Assembly (NCBI GenBank): GCA_038913135.1
Contig: JBCLES010000010.1
Span: 4,298 to 68,297 of the forward strand
Reading direction: 5' to 3'
Source: Anaerolineae bacterium
GTDB lineage: Bacteria; Chloroflexota; Anaerolineae; Epilineales; Epilineaceae
Length of the DNA: 64,000 nucleotides
The translations under genes were made by a program, and so were the position numbers. Shown here in pieces: positions 56,985 through 64,000 of the stretch. Below the pieces are notes generated by a model that was given only the letters and a program-made list of their open reading frames with translations, was not told where the DNA came from and did not search any database. Each line of letters starts with the position of its first letter. Position 1 is the stretch's first letter.

Positions 56985-57710
56985 TCACGCCCTGCGCGCG
57001 AAGCGTCCACCGCCCCGCCGGCCGGATTTCAATACCTGGGCGGGCGGGCGCTCCAGCAACAGCGCCCACCATTCGGGCTCATAGTCGCGCATCTTCATCT
57101 TCTTGCCGCTTTGAAGCGCGGAAAGGTTGGTTTCGATCCCCTCATCGGCGGGCAATATCTTTTGGGCTCGCTTGAGCACCTCAATCGCTTCTTCAGTGTG
57201 CCGACGCTTCCACAAGCACCACGCATAGGCCGCCCAGAGCATACCCTCCTTCTTGTTGCTCTTCACCGCCTTCTCGAAGACCTTCCGCATCTCGTCGTCG
57301 TCCTTGCGGCGATAGTGGTACGCTCCCAGCATCGCTTTCGCGTACCAGTTCTTGGGGATGGTCTTCTCCAAGTACGGTCGCGCGGCTTCAGGGTCCTGCT
57401 TGTGGGCGTAAAGGATGGTCCCGATCTGACCGTCGATCGCCAGACCGGCCGTCGGTTGCCAGCGATCTAGAGCGCGAAGATCCTCCAGGATCTTTATCGC
57501 GACATCCGGCTTCTGCGCGCCAAGCGCGCCCTCGACGTCCGGCATACGCGCTTCGAGCTTCTTGTTGGTGTAATAGGCCATTCCGACAAAGCTTGCCATG
57601 CCGGCTGTAAAGCCCGCAAGCCCGCTCCAAATCCAGCTGATATCGAAAGGAAAATAGAGCCCCGAGAAGACTGCAATTGCCAGGGCTAGGCTGATAAGGA
57701 CGGCGTACAT
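56985..57710 (-). CDS. Membrane-anchored TPR-like protein, function unknown
   Basis: Two N-terminal TM helices (MYAVLISLALAIAVFSGLYF, GLAGFTAGMASFVGMAYY) followed by helical-repeat-like sequence (AKAMLGAYHYRRKDDDEMRKVFEKAVKSNKKEGMLWAAYAWCLW). Confidence 0.5.
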   Translation of the reverse strand: MYAVLISLALAIAVFSGLYFPFDISWIWSGLAGFTAGMASFVGMAYYTNKKLEARMPDVEGALGAQKPDVAIKILEDLRALDRWQPTAGLAIDGQIGTILYAHKQDPEAARPYLEKTIPKNWYAKAMLGAYHYRRKDDDEMRKVFEKAVKSNKKEGMLWAAYAWCLWKRRHTEEAIEVLKRAQKILPADEGIETNLSALQSGKKMKMRDYEPEWWALLLERPPAQVLKSGRRGGGRFARRA

Positions 57711-57994
57711 GGCGTTCTCCGGCGCTGCTGGCAAGGGGGCGGTTAGGAGTAGGTTCGAGTGGGGCTAGGGTGACGGTGATCGCGAGGCGAAGGCGAGTGC
57801 GAGGTCGAGGGCGGGAACGGTGGCGAGGGCGACAGCGGCAACGAGCGCTAGTGCGGGTGCGAGGTCGAAGTCGAGGGCTGGAAAGTTAGGCCCGCTTGAT
57901 GGAAATGTTCGCGCCGGCAGCGCGTGAAGCGAGCTTGGCCTGGACCGCGTATGGTAACGCTCTCCGCTGCCGCGGCCAAGGGATCGATTGATTG

Positions 57995-58381
57995 TCAGCG
58001 CGGAATGAAGGCGATGAAGAGCGCTCCCGCGATACACAATACGGCGCCGATCATGGTTGGCAAATGCCAGCGCTGCACGTCGGCGGCGACAGACTCAGGG
58101 TTGGCGCTCACCCACGCATTGCCGTAAAGCAGTCGATACAACGAAGTCACGCCCTTGCCGGTCCCCAACAGGCCCAGCACGATGCCCGTGGCTAGCCATG
58201 CTACATCTTGCCCGAGAAAGCGAGTTAGCAGTAGAAGCGCTGAATAAAGTACGGAGTAGAACAAGAAGAAGCGGCCCGGCGAACGGCGCGAGCGCGGTTC
58301 CGCCGCCATGCCGAACAGCAGAGCCGTAGTGGGCAGAGCCGCGAGCACTGCTAAGACCGCCAACGTGCTGCTTGAATCCAT
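57995..58381 (-). CDS. Small 4-TM membrane protein, function unknown
   Basis: 128 aa with four hydrophobic segments and no recognisable motif. Confidence 0.4.
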   Translation of the reverse strand: MDSSSTLAVLAVLAALPTTALLFGMAAEPRSRRSPGRFFLFYSVLYSALLLLTRFLGQDVAWLATGIVLGLLGTGKGVTSLYRLLYGNAWVSANPESVAADVQRWHLPTMIGAVLCIAGALFIAFIPR

Positions 58382-58657
58382 GCTTTGCGCCTAACTAGGG
58401 TTGGCGAGCCGGCTCGCGCGTGGCCGCGGTAGAAAGTTCATGAACCATCGCCGACGAATACAGTGCCAGCGTTCCCGACGCCGAAGCTCGCGATTCTGAA
58501 GCCCCTCGAAGCCGACGTTCTCGACACCGAAGATCCCGCCGGACAAGCCCTCGACACCGAAGCCCGCTACGCTGACATGCTCGAACCCGACGCTCGCAAC
58601 CCAGCGGCCCTCGCCGCCCGCATTCTCGACGCCGAAACTGCCGACAGCATCGCGGTT

Positions 58658-59809
58658 CTAGCGGGCGTCAATCGAGACGAAGGGTCGGTTAGTCGGCCCG
58701 GTATATTCGGCACGCGGGCGGATCAATCGATTGTCGGCATATTGTTCGAGAAGGTGTGCCGTCCAACCGGCCACCCGACTCACGGCGAAAAGTGGTGTGA
58801 ACTGATCGGACGGGACTCCGGCCGCGTGAAGCACCGCCGCCGAATAGAAGTCGACGTTCGGATAGAGCATGAGTTCGGGCCGGTTCTTTGCGAAGAAGTC
58901 GACCGCTGTGTCAGCAACCGCAAGCGCGATGTCATGGTAGAGCCTATCGCCGGACTCTTCGGCCTGAGCTTCGCTCATTCGGCGAAGGATGGCCGCGCGG
59001 GGATCGGTCGTTTTGTAGACCCGATGGCCGATACCCATGATCCGCTCTTTCTTCTCGATCTTGTCGAGCACCCATGCTTCGGCCGCGTCGACCGATCCGA
59101 TCGATTCCAGCATTTCCATAACCCGCTCGTTGGCGCCGCCATGGAGCGGCCCCTTTAGCGTTCCGATGGCGGAAGTGATCGCGGAATACGGATCGGACTT
59201 GGTCGCAGCCGTGACCCTGGCCGAGAACGTACTCGCGTTGAAGCCGTGGTCGGCGAGCAGCACAAGGTAGGTATCCAGCGCGCGCACCGCGGCCGGACCG
59301 GCTTCAGTTCCGTTCAGCATGAAAAGCATGTTGGCCGAATGGCCGAGATCGTCGCGCGGTGGAATGGGCGATTTGTCCTTACGAACGCGCTCGAAGACAG
59401 CTGTGATAGTCGGGATGCGTGCGACTATGCGCAGCAAAGCGCGGCGTCGCGCCGCCTCGTCGTCCGGCGCCAGCTCAGCGTCAGGATCGAAAGCCCCGAG
59501 TGCGCTGACCCCGGTTCGGAGGGCAGTCATCGGGTGTGTGTCGGCCGGGAGCGCCCTCAACACGCCGTGCACCGCATCCGGAATCTCGCGCTCCGCGGCT
59601 AGCGCGGAAGTGATGATCGCCAGCTCTCCTCGCGTCGGCAATTCGCCTTCCCACAGGAGCCAGATGACTTCTTCGAAAGTCGCGTGCCCGGCGAGGTCCT
59701 CGATCGGGAAGCCGGAGTATGAAAGCCGACCCTCGAGACCTTCCACCTTGCTCTTCTTCGACTCCGCGACAACGACGTTCTCCAGCCCGCGGTTGGTCAC
59801 GGCCGGCAT
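58658..59809 (-). CDS. gltA: Citrate synthase (about 383 aa, small type)
   Basis: GPLHGGANE, GHRVYKTTDPRA and NVDFYSA motifs. The ATG at 59809 was chosen (MPAVTNRGLENVVVAES). Confidence 0.9.
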   Translation of the reverse strand: MPAVTNRGLENVVVAESKKSKVEGLEGRLSYSGFPIEDLAGHATFEEVIWLLWEGELPTRGELAIITSALAAEREIPDAVHGVLRALPADTHPMTALRTGVSALGAFDPDAELAPDDEAARRRALLRIVARIPTITAVFERVRKDKSPIPPRDDLGHSANMLFMLNGTEAGPAAVRALDTYLVLLADHGFNASTFSARVTAATKSDPYSAITSAIGTLKGPLHGGANERVMEMLESIGSVDAAEAWVLDKIEKKERIMGIGHRVYKTTDPRAAILRRMSEAQAEESGDRLYHDIALAVADTAVDFFAKNRPELMLYPNVDFYSAAVLHAAGVPSDQFTPLFAVSRVAGWTAHLLEQYADNRLIRPRAEYTGPTNRPFVSIDAR

Positions 59810-60004
59810 GTTTCCTCCAAGAATGATTGATCGAATCCGGGCTAGTCTCCCCGGGGTGCCACCGAGCCTGATCGACTGCGCGTGGCTCCCGAACGGTGGC
59901 CCGAAGCGTATGATAGTATACGGGCCGGCCGCGGTCTGGCAATCGAGGCAACGGCGGAGCCTAACGTCGCGGCGCGCCGACTTCATGGCCGAGAGGGTAT
60001 CAGC

Positions 60005-62257
60005 GTGTTACATAGTCACAAGCGCAAGTCGGCTTTAGTAATCCGGCTCTCCGCCTTGAGCACCCTGGCCGGGTTCTCAGCGCTCACGGTGCTCACGCTT
60101 GTCGCGATCGCCTGCGACGACAAGGCGCAGCCGCCGCCTCAAGACTCGACCTCGACGGTCGACCGGTCACCGATGTCGGCACGAGGAACGTTTGTCATCA
60201 CTCGGACTAACGCTTCGATTGGCGGCAGCTCGGCCGGCGCTTTCGGCAGGGTAGAGGCTACTCTGTTCGACGTCGAAGGAAATGCCCGCGGTACCGGCTC
60301 CACAACCGTACGCGATGGCAGCTGGGAGTTACAGCTTTACGACGAAGCGGAGGATGTCGAAACCTATCCGATGCCGCGCGAGAGGGTCGAGATACGTCAG
60401 CTCGATACCGAGGTAGGAACTCCCACCAGTGTCACGTTTGAAGTTCCGGAGCTCACATACAACTTCGACGCGGATGCGGGCATCGTCTCGGGGAAGGTGG
60501 ACCGTTCCGCCGAAGGTTGGGGAGCTGAAGGAATTGCCAGCGCCGAGATAGTGATCGGTCGGCCGGAGATCGCCACGGCGTCCGCAGGCGTCGAAGAAGA
60601 CGGCTCGTTCTCGATCGATATTGGCGAATCGGCGGGTGCCGGCAGCTCGAGCGCCGCGATCAGCGTCGTGTCCGGCGATGGTTCGATCAGATTTGTAGAA
60701 GATCGTCGCGTCCCATACGTACGGGTCTCTCTTCGACCGGGCGACGTCACGGGCGCCATGGCGCCGCTTTCTAATGTCGAACTGGAACTCTTGGGAGAGG
60801 ACGGCGCGCCCCGTGGCCATGGGCGCGCGCTCAGCGGGCCGGATGGGCGATTCGAGGCATGGATGCGCGACGCTTCCGGCGAGCGCGTTCGACCGCGAGC
60901 GGGAGATCGAATCATCGTCGGCGACGGGCGCGATCGCCGGGACTGGGTTCTGCCCGAGATGGTCGGCTCCTTGGATCCCGTCAGCGGCGACCTGGTTGGA
61001 CGAGGCAGCCCGGGCAACGAGATCGCGATACTGATGTGGAATCCGTGGCACCGGGGCGCCGACGGCGAGCCCTTCACAGTCGTCAACGCTGACGGCACAT
61101 GGTCGGCGCAGCCGCCTTCACCCATCGAAGTGGCGACCCACTACTACATCACCGAACGCTTCCCGGAAGGTGACGAACTCTACTTGTGCTATCAGATACC
61201 TATGCTTCACGCGGAGCCTGGCTCCGCCGCCGTCTGGGTCGAGGCGCTGTGGGAGGTTCAAGCAGACCTTTCGTTGCAGCGCCACGGCGAAGTCATCGCG
61301 ACCGCTGTCGGCGGCGGCCCATGGTCGGGTGAACTTGAATTGATTTTCGAAGACGCGGGTGGTAGCCAAGTCGCCGTTGCTGCCGGAGATACGATCGACG
61401 GCACGCTCGATGGTGAGCCGGTCTCATTCTCGGTTGCAGCGCTTGAGGCGACCATCGACCCGGACGGCATGTTCGTGGGCTCGGGACCAGCGGGCGCGGA
61501 GGTCGGCGCAGCGACAAGGTCGCCGATCGGGGAACCGGTCACGCTAGGCGACGACGGACTCTTTTCCCTGGATGCCGTCGGCCGCACGACTGGTGGGAGC
61601 GCTAGGCCCGGCGATCGGCTGTCGGTGTTCACCCTTAACGAAAGCGGTCACGCAACCCATCGGAGCTTTGTCGGCCCGTCGCTCGAGGTTCGGCTAGACC
61701 GGCCGATCATTTCGGGTGCGCTTGATCCGAGGGGCCCGGCGGCGACACTCGCCCATGTGGGCGCCGACGGCACTTCGACGGCGATGCAAGTCGAGGCCGA
61801 CGTGTATGGGCTGTTTCAGGCGACAATCGATCGACCGGTGGTCGTACCGGATTACGGTAATGGCGAAGCAAGCTCCGCCACAGCCGATCCCGCGGGAGGC
61901 GACGGCGGCGAAAGAGGGGCGCTCGAACGCTTCGAGCTGTCGCAAGCGGGCGCGACGACTGCGGTCACGATTCCGGTCTTCAGCGCCGTCGTCGGCCAGG
62001 ACCAAGAGTCGTTGGTCGGAGTCGGGCCACCTTATGGTATCGTGGACGTCAAGGTCTGGATCGGAAGCAGCGTGATGCCGGAGGCGCTCGCGACCTTCAT
62101 CAAGGAAGACGGCACCTGGAAGGTCGCCTTCGGATCAGGCACGCCAGGGCGGTTCACGTACCAATTCGGCGATGTGAGCCGCTTCGAAGTGGGGCTTCTT
62201 CTGGGACCGAACGCACTTCGGATGGATCTGCCGGGCGGGCTGGCGGCAGAGCGCTGA
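60005..62257 (+). CDS. Large lipoprotein of unknown function
   Basis: Lipoprotein signal (ALTVLTLVAIAC) from the GTG at 60005. About 750 aa, Gly/Asp/Val-rich and probably all-beta. No recognisable catalytic motif. Confidence 0.5.
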   Translation: MLHSHKRKSALVIRLSALSTLAGFSALTVLTLVAIACDDKAQPPPQDSTSTVDRSPMSARGTFVITRTNASIGGSSAGAFGRVEATLFDVEGNARGTGSTTVRDGSWELQLYDEAEDVETYPMPRERVEIRQLDTEVGTPTSVTFEVPELTYNFDADAGIVSGKVDRSAEGWGAEGIASAEIVIGRPEIATASAGVEEDGSFSIDIGESAGAGSSSAAISVVSGDGSIRFVEDRRVPYVRVSLRPGDVTGAMAPLSNVELELLGEDGAPRGHGRALSGPDGRFEAWMRDASGERVRPRAGDRIIVGDGRDRRDWVLPEMVGSLDPVSGDLVGRGSPGNEIAILMWNPWHRGADGEPFTVVNADGTWSAQPPSPIEVATHYYITERFPEGDELYLCYQIPMLHAEPGSAAVWVEALWEVQADLSLQRHGEVIATAVGGGPWSGELELIFEDAGGSQVAVAAGDTIDGTLDGEPVSFSVAALEATIDPDGMFVGSGPAGAEVGAATRSPIGEPVTLGDDGLFSLDAVGRTTGGSARPGDRLSVFTLNESGHATHRSFVGPSLEVRLDRPIISGALDPRGPAATLAHVGADGTSTAMQVEADVYGLFQATIDRPVVVPDYGNGEASSATADPAGGDGGERGALERFELSQAGATTAVTIPVFSAVVGQDQESLVGVGPPYGIVDVKVWIGSSVMPEALATFIKEDGTWKVAFGSGTPGRFTYQFGDVSRFEVGLLLGPNALRMDLPGGLAAER

Positions 62258-62422
62258 TGGCGAGGGCTGAGGCCGAGCGCTGAGGACTAAGACCGACAGC
62301 TTTTCGGAAGGGCCATCCGCAGTGCGAATGACCGAGGAGTTGTTGCGGCTCTCGACCGTCGGCTGCATTCTCGCCGACCAGCGCCCGCTCGCCGTATCGA
62401 TGCAGATGCCGAGATGCGGTCG

Positions 62423-62457
62423 GCGGGGTGCGGGCGCTCTCGCGCTCCGCACCCCGC
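62423..62457. terminator. GC-rich hairpin between convergent genes
   Basis: GCGGGGTGCGG-gcgctctcgcgct-CCGCACCCCGC, an 11-bp stem with no U tract. Confidence 0.35.
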
Positions 62458-62486
62458 TCGGCCCTCGTCAGTGTACTGGCTTCGCC

Positions 62487-63995
62487 TTACGGCTCCGGAC
62501 ACTCCACTATCCGACCCGCGATCTGGCGATAGATCGATTCCAGATCATCGCCGTCAGGCGCGTAGTAGAAGTCCTCCGGGCTGGAGGCGGCTTCTTCCAA
62601 AAGTTCATGCGCCACGTCCGCCGGATCGCCGAGGCCGATTGTGAAGACTCGCGTTCCAGCTTCCTTCGCCTCCGTAGCGGCCTCGAGCACCGTCTCCTCT
62701 TGTCGTCCGCTCACCGGATGTAGAGGCACGCGATTCGGCAAGCCGTCGGTGAGCAGGATCAGCACCGGGCTGTTGTCGTCGATTCGCGCGGTGGCGTCCA
62801 AGACCGACTGACCCTGCAACAGGGCCAGGTCGAGCCGGGTGCCGTTAGCGATGCGATCGAGCAGTGACTCGATAGCCGTATCGATGGCGTCCGGATCGTT
62901 TGACAGCTCGATCGCGGTCCACGCCGTGTCGTTGAAGCCGGCAATGCCGACACGATCGTGCCGGCCGAGAATGTCGCCGACCAGGTTGAGCTGCTCGACG
63001 AACGCGCGCGCAGCGGCCAGGGCCGCCTCGTGCTTCGTCCTGCCGCTGCGAGTCTCGCGATACATCGAGGTCGACATGTCGATGACAAGGACCGCGTCGG
63101 CGTAGATCAGCTCCGGGATGCACTCGTCCGGATCCTGTCGCGCGATCGGCAAGTAGATCGTGTAAGAGGACGGAGTCGGCGTCAGGGTCGAAGTCGGCGT
63201 CTTCGTCGGCTCCGGTGTATCGGTCGGCGTCGGCGTCGACGTTTCAGTCGGAGTCGGCGTGGGCGTTATGCAGATGCCCATCATGATGCCTATGTCCGGC
63301 ACCGGCAGCTCCTTGACGCGCCGGCGGCTGTCGATTAGCTGCGCCGATCCGGTCAGCGTGTAGGCGGCCGTCACTTCGCCTGGCGTATTCACCTTGTAGG
63401 TAGCGGTATATGCTTCCTCATCAAGCTGATAGCTGTCGCTCCATATCCAAGTCAGCCGCGTCCCTTCGTCGATGAATTCGACTTCCGGCACGATATCGTT
63501 GGTTGCGAGACCGCCCGGCACGAAGTCAAGACCTGGTGGAAGGAGCTGTGACAGCGTCAGAGTCCTTGCTTTCTCTCCGCCATCGAATTCGTTCATCTGG
63601 CGGCGGACCATCCCTTCGAGCTTGCCGCTCTCGGCGTACTCGGTGTGGTCCCTAAGGTTGCGGGCCATCTTCTTGGTGTTGCGGCAGTACCAGGCGCCGG
63701 GGACCTGTGGGCACCCGACGAAGTACGTGTAGCGCTTCAGTTGGTCGGCCGCGGCCAACATCGCAGCCAGCATGTGGGCGTAGTGCGACTTCGTGTACCC
63801 GAAGATGACTACGAATTCGCACGGCTTGACTCCGCGAGGCGCATCGCGACCCATCTTTTGCATCAATCGGACACCCTCGCCCGCGGCGTCCTCGATGGTC
63901 ACCGCATTCGGTTCGTAGCCGGTCGTGGTCTTGCGAAGCTCGTTGCGTGTCCGCGATTCGTCGACGGCAACGCCGCGGGTCGGATCCAAGACCAC
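62487..63995 (-). CDS. vWA-domain protein, paralog of 47501..49399 (the 5' end may lie beyond the window edge)
   Basis: Degenerate vWA-like N-terminal part (FVVIFGYTKSHY), PT linker ITPTPTPTETSTPTPTDTPEPTKTPTSTLTPTPS, then YTIYLPIARQDPDEC, then vWA with VLVIDMSTSM...LLTDGLPN...VFTIGLG...FYYAPDGDDLESIYRQIAGRIVECPEP. Confidence 0.8.
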   Translation of the reverse strand: MVLDPTRGVAVDESRTRNELRKTTTGYEPNAVTIEDAAGEGVRLMQKMGRDAPRGVKPCEFVVIFGYTKSHYAHMLAAMLAAADQLKRYTYFVGCPQVPGAWYCRNTKKMARNLRDHTEYAESGKLEGMVRRQMNEFDGGEKARTLTLSQLLPPGLDFVPGGLATNDIVPEVEFIDEGTRLTWIWSDSYQLDEEAYTATYKVNTPGEVTAAYTLTGSAQLIDSRRRVKELPVPDIGIMMGICITPTPTPTETSTPTPTDTPEPTKTPTSTLTPTPSSYTIYLPIARQDPDECIPELIYADAVLVIDMSTSMYRETRSGRTKHEAALAAARAFVEQLNLVGDILGRHDRVGIAGFNDTAWTAIELSNDPDAIDTAIESLLDRIANGTRLDLALLQGQSVLDATARIDDNSPVLILLTDGLPNRVPLHPVSGRQEETVLEAATEAKEAGTRVFTIGLGDPADVAHELLEEAASSPEDFYYAPDGDDLESIYRQIAGRIVECPEP

Positions 63996-64000
63996 GCGGT

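Noticed and set aside
57765-58037. 90-aa minus-strand ORF and GC-rich imperfect repeats (GTGCGAGGTCGA...GAGGGC at about 57798 and 57858) between two membrane-protein genes
   Set aside because: The ORF overlaps the end of 57995..58381 and is an Ala/Leu/Pro low-complexity translation of GC-rich DNA. The 58-bp-spaced similarity is short and weak compared with the junction duplications at 37188 and 54181, so it is not reported as a finding.

Overview
A 64-kb, high-GC (roughly 63-66% by eye) chromosomal segment with no transposase, integrase, CRISPR array or rRNA. Adjacent genes very often overlap by GTGA/ATGA/TAATG, secreted proteins carry Pro/Thr-rich linkers, and a yabE-like gene sits next to rsmA. 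This suggests a Chloroflexota/Actinomycetota-like terrabacterium, which is inference only. Housekeeping content: catalase, Tex, a livKHMGF-type ABC importer, gcvP, a LOG-family protein, rpmG-moaB-rpmB, SRP RNA, yabE-like/rsmA, tsaD, a PHP phosphoesterase, lipA, moaD/moaE, a YitJ-like homocysteine methyltransferase/MTHFR fusion, an MBL hydrolase and citrate synthase. Accessory content: four paralogous large secreted or anchored von Willebrand A (vWA) proteins, a transmembrane pseudokinase fused to an FGE-like domain, a GT1 glycosyltransferase, a five-gene overlapping glycan-modification operon, a Kelch-repeat protein and several unknown envelope proteins. Most notable observations: (1) a DUF3179 gene has a single in-frame TGA at the first Cys of its CPLC-type motif, followed immediately by a 17-bp interrupted hairpin, making it a candidate selenoprotein with a SECIS-like element. 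(2) A roughly 1570-aa vWA surface protein is split by a frameshift inside a G8 homopolymer. (3) 57-66-bp tandem duplications sit exactly at co-directional gene junctions (gcvP/DUF3179 and yitJ-like/moaD), and one of them creates a 40-codon bridge ORF with an ATGA overlap at both ends. (4) Five or six co-oriented DnaA-box-like 9-mers cluster in a 755-bp non-coding gap. (5) There are many short tandem repeats, both intergenic and in-frame. All family assignments come from motif recognition by eye; no database search was run.
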